This document shows, in pieces, positions 36,201 to 43,211 of a stretch of DNA of 64,000 nucleotides. The notes beneath the pieces are model-generated. The model saw only the letters and a list, made by a program, of their open reading frames with translations, was not told where the DNA came from and made no database searches. Within the stretch, counting starts at the first letter, position 1. Every line of letters starts with the position of its first letter. The stretch comes from Verrucomicrobiia bacterium (GTDB lineage: Bacteria; Verrucomicrobiota; Verrucomicrobiia; Limisphaerales; UBA11358). The translations under genes were made by a program, and so were the position numbers. The stretch lies in NCBI GenBank assembly GCA_035776755.1, contig DASTWS010000014.1, positions 2,405-66,404 on the forward strand, in the 5' to 3' direction.

Positions 36201-36825
36201 CACCGGAAGTATCCACGCACCAGCGTTGTTCGCCGGTGTTCAAATTCGTGAACAAGCCCACGCGACGGGTTGCTGTGTTATCACCGACATAATAGTAGCA
36301 ATACACATCGTATCGCGAAAACGGCACATTGGTGACGCTGATTGTTCCCGGCGTGCCGTTCTGCTGATCGTATTCTTTGAAATACATCACGATATCGTTT
36401 GTATCCGGCGATGGACAGGCGATGCTGCTGCCCGAACCGCTCCCGCGATTGCTCGCGCCGCCGGAACCACCGGTGACATTCACCGTGATGTTGCTTCCCG
36501 CCATGGACTGGCCAAAATTATTCGTGATTTGCACATCCGTCAGCGTGGTGTTGTTGAACACAGTAATCCAATTCGTCGTCCGCACCCCCGCGGTGAGCGA
36601 TCCGGCGAAGTCGCCCGCCGGATACATGAACACGTGATTCAAGTCCGATGTCGGCACGTTGCCCGCAAAATCGAAACTTAAAATCTGTTGCTGCGCCCGC
36701 AAATTCCATGCGGCCAGCGCCAAAGCTATCGCGAGAACTTTAAACGACCGGGCAACGAGGTTTGAATAACGGAACGGGGTTTTATTCATAGGATGGGTTG
36801 AGGTTTGTTTGACAGGCTGTATCAC
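33220..36825 (-). CDS. Giant secreted protein: duplicated (unknown beta-rich domain + Ig-like/Big_2) module, extra Ig-like domains, LamG-like domain and conserved 60-aa C-terminal module
   Basis: 1201 aa. The likely true start is M13 (36789), giving signal peptide MNKTPFRYSNLVARSFKVLAIALALAAWNLRAQ. The LamG_3-like block is HLYLFTNAPDSS...VTVELWGGQ...YQLVIVYAPNAGTAAFYINGE...NKLAIYEGALSAAQV. The protein ends NLMLTWPADHTGWRLQVQTNSLDAGLGTNWTDV...SVFYRLVYP. Confidence 0.7.
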   Translation of the reverse strand: MIQPVKQTSTHPMNKTPFRYSNLVARSFKVLAIALALAAWNLRAQQQILSFDFAGNVPTSDLNHVFMYPAGDFAGSLTAGVRTTNWITVFNNTTLTDVQITNNFGQSMAGSNITVNVTGGSGGASNRGSGSGSSIACPSPDTNDIVMYFKEYDQQNGTPGTISVTNVPFSRYDVYCYYYVGDNTATRRVGLFTNLNTGEQRWCVDTSGESIPNSTTGSGYIEANLSTVPASASDVPLGNYVKFANQTNSTLKIQFVAVSGATVSGADNTARLKFSGFQIAQVATGGPTNLYLQSSNLTLHAGNPVGKQLVVLADLETGATGVDETTAPGIAYSVDNTNIATVSNGGLLTPGTNGAANLIVSYSGLSLTNPINVIGPASLSVSVNKTNLLAGNGQGDKTVATLLATFSDATNIPVNSYKFVSFSTTTPSTITINSNGTITALAAGSFSVTGTYDQMSVTTNNAGAVTAYAAPGSVPALSVNLTDSSNPMSFHDLSGAPGARVAYWNNMVMSFGSVTNEIDNPVDYQGNALSGTVVQLMPNNPFNQALLDLGTRTTNESVMFNTVFDQGMNDGTTLLSQIVVSNVPYSSYDVYFYVWNDATQTNRPGEFIIDGVTQYRNNGITYPSTPANDGSGYVIAAPQPTGLPASVTDVPFGNVVKFSGLTDNNLTVQWGAVGQDWIGDANPVTRLRLAGFQIVKSLTGLTATNIYLQSPIPNLLPGSPATFSATVLADFSDGTMGGNITSLSGINYSSSNTGVFTVNTNGVISSGTTPGVATLTVTYQANTLNVNVTNLAPTSVTVKAAPGTVYLDGSLGLLPAQASAYADFPGTNNVNITGFATISFVDQGSPVCSMNSAGVITPNNVQGSADLGVSYLGTTYVAANAFTVTSIANAPVLKHLYLFTNAPDSSIVVDTIGGANGTVYEPLGTNKPISFDGTHAIFPGDGDYTTEPYINLPAGIISGMGDVTVELWGGQTQRNTWSRFFGFGNTAKGLNPHNTGGEISEIELLDSYAGSGHATMFTPNHGADVQAGYSLTNGSEYQLVIVYAPNAGTAAFYINGELIGTGTPTNSPLSGSVNDTVDWLGVSLANNDAPLAGWMNKLAIYEGALSAAQVYSNYTNGVSQYLPLVTVSTVPTNIVTSISDGNLMLTWPADHTGWRLQVQTNSLDAGLGTNWTDVPGSTSVNSMSIPIVTTNGSVFYRLVYP

Positions 36826-37012
36826 GAAAGCTTGGTTGTTGCTTTTACATAACGGCGGTGATTCGTTCTTGTTTTCAGTGCTTGAGCCAACACTACATCA
36901 GAATCGCACGGCAACAATCCGATTTGAGCGCACACTGGTTCGGCAATCTGTTTTCAATCTTTCCACAAACAGCAGGCTTGCGTTTCCGGCGTCGTTGCTT
37001 TAACGAATTGCC

Positions 37013-38050
37013 ATGCAACCGGACCTGCCCAAACCGCGCGTGACGTTGCGCGACGTCGCCCGCCGCCTGAATGTCAGTCACACGACCATTTCCCGCGCGC
37101 TGCGTAACGATCCGGAAATTTCCAAAGCCATGCGCGAGCGTGTCCAAAGCATCGCGCGCGAAATGGGTTACAAGCCCGACCCGATGCTCAATGCGCTGGC
37201 GCATTATCGGCGAAGCCGAAACCAGACGCCAGTCGCTGCGGAACTGGCGTGGATCAATCATTGGCCGAATCCAAAAAAATTGTGGTCGTTCAAAGAATTC
37301 AGTCTCTACTGGAAGGGAGCCTTTGAAGAAGCCGAGCGTTGCGGTTTTCGCCTGGAGGAATTCACTCTGGACAACGGCATGAGCCTCGACCGGCTGGGGA
37401 AAATTTTACACGCGCGAAACATCCGCGGCATCCTGTTGCCGCCGCGCGGAGACACTTCGCCCAATTACCATCAATTTGATTGGGACGATTTTTGCATCGT
37501 CCGGTTCGGCCATTCGATTCCGTTTCCCCACGCGCACCTGGTCAGCAGCGACCAATTGACGGACGGCCTGATCGCCTTTGAAAACATGTGGACCAATGGC
37601 TACCGCCGCATCGGGCTGGTCACCTCCTCAAAGATGCATACACGCTTCAGCGCCGGATTTTTCTTCAGCCAGATGAAATGGAGTCCTAACACGCGGCTGC
37701 CCGCGCTTGTCGTCACCCAGGATCAAACCGAACAGGATGAACAACTGCTCAAATCATGGCTCAGAAAAAATAAACCCGACGCCATTTTGACCGATGTCCG
37801 CGAGTTGCGCGATTTGCTGCTCAAGGTCGGCTACAAAGTTCCGAAAAATATCGGGCTGGCCGCGTTAAGCGTGCTGGACGGAAACGCCGACGCCGGAATT
37901 GACCAGAACTCCGAAGAGATTGGCCGCGTCGCCATTCAATTGCTCATTTCGCTGATCAATCACAACGAAGGCGGCATTCCTAAAATTTGCCGGGAAGTTT
38001 TGGTCGAAGGAAATTGGGTCAACGGCTCCACGCTTCCGCCAAAAAATTGA
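37013..38050 (+). CDS. LacI-family transcriptional regulator
   Basis: N-terminal HTH VTLRDVARRLNVSHTTISRALRNDPEISKAMRERVQSIAREMGYKPDP followed by a periplasmic-binding-protein-like sugar-binding fold. It is divergent from the 36825 operon. Confidence 0.9.
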   Translation: MQPDLPKPRVTLRDVARRLNVSHTTISRALRNDPEISKAMRERVQSIAREMGYKPDPMLNALAHYRRSRNQTPVAAELAWINHWPNPKKLWSFKEFSLYWKGAFEEAERCGFRLEEFTLDNGMSLDRLGKILHARNIRGILLPPRGDTSPNYHQFDWDDFCIVRFGHSIPFPHAHLVSSDQLTDGLIAFENMWTNGYRRIGLVTSSKMHTRFSAGFFFSQMKWSPNTRLPALVVTQDQTEQDEQLLKSWLRKNKPDAILTDVRELRDLLLKVGYKVPKNIGLAALSVLDGNADAGIDQNSEEIGRVAIQLLISLINHNEGGIPKICREVLVEGNWVNGSTLPPKN

Positions 38051-38257
38051 TCTCCAACGGTTCCGCCGAATTGATCCGGAGAGAATCTCCGCTGCCATCC
38101 GCAAAACCATTGAACCGCGCGGAATGTAATTGCCGCCAAAAAATGCTTTCTGCCGCAATGTCCGAACCAGTGTGCGGTAAACTGAAATTGGCGATTGCCA
38201 ACAGATGATTCAAATTTAAGCCATTCATATATCGGCGGCGAGTCCGCAACAATTGAA

Positions 38258-39433
38258 ATGATTTCCAATCAAAAAGTTTCCCCTGCTGCGCCGGCCGGTG
38301 TGCCGGCTTTCTCCGGTGTTCTTTCTTTGTGTGTCAATAAAACACGCAACAACATCGAATCGCTGGCCGACAATCCGAAAGCGGCGCCTTGGGCAGTGGA
38401 CGGAAATTATTTCGGCCATCCGGAAGGTTTCTACGAAATCGGGAACTGGACATCTTCATTTTTCACCGGCATGGCTTTGCTCGCATGGCGTAAAACCGAA
38501 GATGAGTTCTTTTTGAAACAGGTTTTACGGCTCGCGCCGCACTACCACGAAAAAGTATTCACCCGCTTTCTCGACACGCATCACGACCTCGGTTTCCTGT
38601 ATTCACTTTATTCCGTGGCACTTTATAAATTGACCGGCGAAAAAGAGCATCGCGAAGTGGGATTGCGCGCGGCCGAAGTTTTGTCGCAACGATTCAATGC
38701 AAAGGGGAATTTCATCCGCGCCTGGGGTCACATGAACAACGGCGAATTCGAAGACATGGCGATCATCGATTGCCTGATGAATTTGCCACTGCTGTATTGG
38801 GCCAGCGGTGAAACCGGCAACAAAAAATTCCATGACATCGCCGTAAAACATGCCGACATGGCGTTGAATGTTTTTGTTCGCCCGGACGATACCGTTTATC
38901 ACGCCTACCGTTTCGATTTGGCAAGCGGCAAACCGCTGCGCGGCGACACTTTCGGCGGATGCGAAACGGAATCCTGCTGGGCGCGCGGCCTGGCGTGGGC
39001 GATCTATGGTTTTGCCTTGAGTTATCGCTATACCAAAAACCCTAAATATCTTGATGCTTCCTTGCGCATGGCCAAATTCTTTATCCGCCATTTGGACAGC
39101 GAAATCGTTCCGGTCTGGGATTTCAAATTGCCGGCCGATGCGTCGAAAACCCGCGATGCATCCGCCGCGAGCGTGGTCGTTTGCGGTTTCCAGGAATTGG
39201 AGAAATTGCAGAGCGCCGATTCAAAAATCATCAACGCCAAACAATCCTTGCTGCAAGGGTTGTGCCGCGAAAAATATGTGGATTCCGATCCGCTGGTGCC
39301 CGGAATCCAAAAATTTGGAATGGTCGGCGACGGCGTTCCCGGCGGCGCGAAAAACGCCTACACCAGTTGGGGAGATTATTATTTGATGGAAGCGCTCGAC
39401 CGCGAACTGTTCCAAAACAGCACGTGGTGGTAA
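38258..39433 (+). CDS. Glycoside hydrolase family 88 (unsaturated glucuronyl hydrolase-like; GH88/GH105 clan)
   Basis: The ORF track starts at 38195. M22 (38258) is more plausible. Long collinear similarity to my recollection of Bacillus UGL: NWTSSFFTGMALLAW, HHDLGFLYSL, IIDCLMNLPLLYWAS, VYHAYRFD, CWARGLAWAIYGFALSYRYT, VPVWDF, RDASAASVVVCG, SWGDYYLMEAL. Confidence 0.85.
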   Translation: MISNQKVSPAAPAGVPAFSGVLSLCVNKTRNNIESLADNPKAAPWAVDGNYFGHPEGFYEIGNWTSSFFTGMALLAWRKTEDEFFLKQVLRLAPHYHEKVFTRFLDTHHDLGFLYSLYSVALYKLTGEKEHREVGLRAAEVLSQRFNAKGNFIRAWGHMNNGEFEDMAIIDCLMNLPLLYWASGETGNKKFHDIAVKHADMALNVFVRPDDTVYHAYRFDLASGKPLRGDTFGGCETESCWARGLAWAIYGFALSYRYTKNPKYLDASLRMAKFFIRHLDSEIVPVWDFKLPADASKTRDASAASVVVCGFQELEKLQSADSKIINAKQSLLQGLCREKYVDSDPLVPGIQKFGMVGDGVPGGAKNAYTSWGDYYLMEALDRELFQNSTWW

Positions 39434-39504
39434 TCCGTTTGGAATGAAAAATCTTCGGCGATTGATTCTGAAACTTTTCCCGCCCGCCGGCGTCTATTTT
39501 TCCG

Positions 39505-39996
39505 GTGAATAAGAAAACGGTTTTCCAAACAGTCTTGCTCGTTGCATTGGTCGGTTTTGGCATTTACCTCGCCTGCGGATATTTCAAGCCGGCAAAAATT
39601 GAAATTGTTTGCACGGTCCATCCACCGCGACCGATGCGCGTCCGCCCGAATTCGCCGCAGGCAAAACGACGCGCGCAGGAACAAAATCAATTCAATATCG
39701 CGTTCGGTTTTCCCGAAAAATATCCATTGAAAGAAATCAAAGTCGTCCGGCTCGACCAATTCACGACCAATAAATATGCGTTGCCGGTGTGGCACTTGAT
39801 TTCGGAAAGCAATTCCACGCCGACGAAAGTCATCATTTATGGCCAGGGAATCCGCGGGATGCATCTGGCGCTCAAAGGCGCGCGGCCGGAAACGCTCGAA
39901 ACGAATGTTGCTTATCGTTTGCTCGTCACGACGCCTTCCACCGAAGGCGAATGTGATTTCAAATTGAATGGCGTGCCGGAAACGGCGGCAAGATAA
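39505..39996 (+). CDS. Hypothetical membrane-anchored/lipoprotein-like protein
   Basis: 163 aa with N-terminal hydrophobic anchor MNKKTVFQTVLLVALVGFGIYLACG. Its composition reads as coding, whereas the antisense ORF 39379..40047 is Arg/Phe-rich shadow. No family recognised. Confidence 0.5.
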   Translation: MNKKTVFQTVLLVALVGFGIYLACGYFKPAKIEIVCTVHPPRPMRVRPNSPQAKRRAQEQNQFNIAFGFPEKYPLKEIKVVRLDQFTTNKYALPVWHLISESNSTPTKVIIYGQGIRGMHLALKGARPETLETNVAYRLLVTTPSTEGECDFKLNGVPETAAR

Positions 39997-40157
39997 ATGG
40001 TAGCAGGCAACGTGATCCGGCTCTGACTGAAATGAGCGGACTTCCACCTGCCGCTACAAATTCAATCGAAAAATTCGCGTCTAAATTCGGCTGGACAAAA
40101 AATTTTGACCGACGCACAGTCAAATTTCTCGCATTAAACAACCACAAAGAAAATCCC

Positions 40158-40370
40158 ATGAAAAAATTAACCGTTCCAATTTTAGCCGGCCTTTCGGCCG
40201 CAACCTTGATCACCGGATGCGTGCTTGGAAACCGGACAACGATGCAGAATCAGCCCACTGTCGGGCAACAGTTGATTGACCTGCAAAAAGCCAAAGATGC
40301 CGGAGCCATCACCGAAGAACAGTATCAGTCTGAAAAAGCGCAAATACTCGATAACAAGAGCAAGCAGTAA
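40158..40370 (+). CDS. Small lipoprotein with SHOCT-like C-terminal motif
   Basis: The ORF track starts at 40032. ATG 40158 gives lipobox MKKLTVPILAGLSAATLITGC. The C-terminus LIDLQKAKDAGAITEEQYQSEKAQIL resembles the SHOCT short C-terminal domain. Confidence 0.55.
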   Translation: MKKLTVPILAGLSAATLITGCVLGNRTTMQNQPTVGQQLIDLQKAKDAGAITEEQYQSEKAQILDNKSKQ

Positions 40371-40420
40371 TCCCGTGCCACTCCACGCGGCCTCGCTCCG
40401 CCCTTCGCGCGAAAAAAACT

Positions 40421-40450
40421 TCCGTCACGGAATCGTCACATTTCCGTAAC
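40421..40450 (+). promoter_or_regulatory. Pho-box-like triple direct repeat with 11-bp periodicity upstream of the OmpR-family regulator
   Basis: tCCGTCACggaatCGTCACatttcCGTAAC. The hexamers start at 40423, 40434 and 40445, exactly 11 bp apart, and sit 26-53 nt upstream of ATG 40476. Confidence 0.4.
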
Positions 40451-40475
40451 GTGCTTTTCGCGTTGTTAAGATTGA

Positions 40476-41189
40476 GTGTCAGCGCCTGAAATGCTATTTC
40501 ATTCGAGCGTGAAGCAGCGCATTTTAGTCGTAGATGATGAACCCGAAGCTGTTGAATTGATTGAATTCAATTTGAAGCAGGCCGGTTATGCCGTCGCCAC
40601 CGCCGCCGATGGCGCGGAGGCATTGAAAAAAGCCCATGCCCAGCCGCCGGATGCCATCATTCTGGACGTGATGCTGCCGGAAATGGACGGCTTCGAAGCG
40701 TGCAAAGTGCTGCGGCTCGACCCCGCCACGGCGCGCGTGCCCATCATCATGCTCACGGCCAAGGCGGCGGAAATCGACCGCGTGCTCGGCCTGGAATTGG
40801 GCGCGGACGATTATCTCACCAAACCATTCAGTCCGCGTGAATTGCTCCTGCGCATCAAGAAAATTCTTGCCCGCGGCGCGACGGAGGAAAAACCGCGCGA
40901 ACAAATCCGTTACGGCGATTTGTTGATTGATATTCCGCGCCACATCGCGAGCTGGAAGGGCAAAACGATAGATTTGACGGCGACGGAATTCAAATTGTTG
41001 ACGCTTCTGGCCCAACGCGTCGGGCGCGTGCAATCCCGCGATAGTTTGCTGCGCGACGTCTGGGAATACGACACGTTGATCGATACGCGCACGGTGGATA
41101 CGCACATGCGCCGCCTGCGCGAGAAGCTCGGCCCGGCGTCAAAGCATCTGGACACGGTGCGCGGAGTCGGTTATCGCTTCGTGGAATGA
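40476..41189 (+). CDS. Response regulator, OmpR/PhoB family (winged helix)
   Basis: REC domain (RILVVDDEPEAVELIEFNLKQAGY...DAIILDVMLPEMDGFE) plus wHTH (LTATEFKLLTLLAQRVGRVQSRDSLLRDVW...RTVDTHMRRLREKL...VRGVGYRF). Confidence 0.9.
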   Translation: MSAPEMLFHSSVKQRILVVDDEPEAVELIEFNLKQAGYAVATAADGAEALKKAHAQPPDAIILDVMLPEMDGFEACKVLRLDPATARVPIIMLTAKAAEIDRVLGLELGADDYLTKPFSPRELLLRIKKILARGATEEKPREQIRYGDLLIDIPRHIASWKGKTIDLTATEFKLLTLLAQRVGRVQSRDSLLRDVWEYDTLIDTRTVDTHMRRLREKLGPASKHLDTVRGVGYRFVE

Positions 41190-42361
41190 TTTGGCCCGCC
41201 CTTTTCGTCGTTGCGCTGGCGGCCGCGATCGGAATTCATTTCTGGTGGCGGCAAAAATTCTTGCGCCGGCAGCATCAGACGCAGCTTGAAGTCGAGGAAT
41301 TTCAACGGCTGCAAAAGAAAACCACGACGGAAGCGCAAGCGCAGCAGCAGGTGTTGTTCAATTCCATGATCGAAGGCTTGTTGCTGCTCGACCGGCAGCG
41401 AAAGATTTATCTGGCCAATCGCACTTTCAAAAATCTGTTCGGCATCAAGATCGAATTACGCGGCAAAACCATCATGGAAGCGCTGCGCATCCATGAATTG
41501 GCCGAATTGGTCGAGCGCGTGGAAACGGAAAAGCAGGTGCTCGATTATGAATTGAAATTACCGGATTTGAGCGAGCGCTGGTTGCAGGTCAACGCCGCGG
41601 TTATCGCCAATTCCGCCGGCGAACGCGAAGGCACGATTTTAGTCTTTCACGACTTGACGCGGCTCAAGCAATTGGAACGGACGCGGGAGGAATTTGTGGC
41701 CAATGTCAGCCATGAATTGCGCACGCCGCTTTCGCTCATCAAAGGTTACGTGGAAACGTTGCTGGATGGCGCGAGAAACAATCCGGAAGTCGCCGAGCGT
41801 TTCCTGAAAATCATCGAGCGCAACGCGCAGCGATTGGATTTATTGATTCAGGATTTGCTGACGATTTCCGCGCTGGAATCCGGACGGATGAAATTAAATC
41901 TTCAAAAAGTCGCATTGCATCCGCTGGTTGAAAAAATTTTCAGCGATTTGAAACCGCCGGCGGACAATAAAAACATCGCGCTCACAAATGAATTGCCAGA
42001 TTTATTCGCGACCGGCGATGGGAACCGTCTGGAACAGGTTTTTGCCAACCTGGTGGACAACGCGATCAAATATGGTCATCCACAAGGGCGCGTGGTTGTG
42101 GGCGGCAAAAAGATTGAGGGAGACAAATTGGAAATTTTTGTCCGGGACGATGGGCCGGGAATTCCGCCGGAGGCGATCGACCGGATTTTCGAACGGTTTT
42201 ATCGCGTGGACAAGGCGCGTTCACGCGATCAGGGCGGCACGGGCCTTGGACTTTCAATCGTCAAACATATCGTCCAGTCGCATGGCGGCGAGGTTTGGGC
42301 AAAAAGCGAATTTGGCAAAGGCACGGGCTTTTTCTTCACCCTGCCGGCAGCGGCAGATTAA
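41186..42361 (+). CDS. Sensor histidine kinase, PhoR-like (TM + PAS + HisKA + HATPase_c)
   Basis: 4-nt ATGA overlap with the regulator. HisKA region is FVANVSHELRTPLSLIKGYVETL. HATPase region is DDGPGIPPEAIDRIFERFYRVDKARSRDQGGTGLGLSIVKHIV. Confidence 0.85.
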   Translation: MIWPALFVVALAAAIGIHFWWRQKFLRRQHQTQLEVEEFQRLQKKTTTEAQAQQQVLFNSMIEGLLLLDRQRKIYLANRTFKNLFGIKIELRGKTIMEALRIHELAELVERVETEKQVLDYELKLPDLSERWLQVNAAVIANSAGEREGTILVFHDLTRLKQLERTREEFVANVSHELRTPLSLIKGYVETLLDGARNNPEVAERFLKIIERNAQRLDLLIQDLLTISALESGRMKLNLQKVALHPLVEKIFSDLKPPADNKNIALTNELPDLFATGDGNRLEQVFANLVDNAIKYGHPQGRVVVGGKKIEGDKLEIFVRDDGPGIPPEAIDRIFERFYRVDKARSRDQGGTGLGLSIVKHIVQSHGGEVWAKSEFGKGTGFFFTLPAAAD

Positions 42362-42548
42362 GAATTTTTGCAAGCTGCAATCCCGTCGGCAACGTTCACG
42401 TTGCGCTCTGCATAGTTCAGTCGCATCTGGATGTGGATTTGCTCAAAAATCAAGCGATTTGCCGAAAAACCGTCTCGGCACAGTCGTTGCTAAAAAGCGT
42501 TCCGTCATTAAATGAGAACGGCAACAAAAATTCGTTGAAAGGAATCAT

Positions 42549-43085
42549 ATGGCAACGGAAACGACACAAACATTTGAAGATTTATTTTTGGATTCATTGG
42601 CGGACATGCTTTACGCGGAGCAGCAATTGACCAAGGCGCTGCCGAAAATGGCGAAAGTCGCGACGCATGATGAATTGCGCGAGGCATTTGAATCGCACCT
42701 GGTCGAAACGGAAGGTCACATCGAAAAAGTGAAGCAGGTCTTTGAATTGTTCGATGAAACGCCGTGGACAAAAAAATGCGCGGCGATGGTTGGCCTCATC
42801 AAAGAAGCCGAAGAAATGATTTCGGATAACAAAAAATCGCCGACCATCAACGCCGCGCTCGTGTTCGCCGGACAAAAAGTGGAGCATTATGAAATCGCAT
42901 CCTACGGCGGGCTTCGCGAATGGGCCAAGCAGCTCAACAAAGCAGAAGCGGCGGAGATTTTAGATGAAATTTTGGATGAAGAAAAATCTGCCGACGTAAA
43001 ACTGACGGAATTGGCAGAGGAATATTGCAATCCGTCCGCCAAAAGCGAAACGTCCGGAGAGGACGAAAACCGAATGGCGGCATAA
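42549..43085 (+). CDS. Ferritin-like DUF892 (YciE/YciF-type) stress protein
   Basis: FEDLFLDSLADMLYAEQQLTKALPKMAKVATHDELREAFESHLVETEGHIEKVKQVFE is the typical YciF/YciE four-helix signature. Confidence 0.8.
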   Translation: MATETTQTFEDLFLDSLADMLYAEQQLTKALPKMAKVATHDELREAFESHLVETEGHIEKVKQVFELFDETPWTKKCAAMVGLIKEAEEMISDNKKSPTINAALVFAGQKVEHYEIASYGGLREWAKQLNKAEAAEILDEILDEEKSADVKLTELAEEYCNPSAKSETSGEDENRMAA

Positions 43086-43126
43086 AACATCTTACCGGCG
43101 CGGTCAACACGCGCTACTTCCCCCAA

Positions 43127-43160
43127 AGCCGGACTTTGCCTGTGGTCCGGCTATTTTTTT
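43127..43160 (+). terminator. Intrinsic terminator after the DUF892 gene
   Basis: AGCCGGAC (43127-43134) / GTCCGGCT (43145-43152) stem with a 10-nt loop, followed by ATTTTTTT. Confidence 0.65.
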
Positions 43161-43211
43161 GCCCGTATCCAGTTCAATCCGGCGGCGAAAGAGGTTGAAT
43201 CTGCCTGCCTT

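Noticed and set aside
39379-40047. 222-aa minus-strand ORF overlapping the 163-aa plus-strand hypothetical gene.
   Set aside because: The minus frame is Arg/Phe-rich with no hydrophobic or domain pattern. The plus frame has a clean signal anchor and balanced composition.
42390-42405. Palindrome GCAACGTTCACGTTGC just after the PhoR-like gene.
   Set aside because: It is a short 6-bp stem with a tetraloop, has no T-run and occurs only once. It cannot be distinguished from chance without comparative data.
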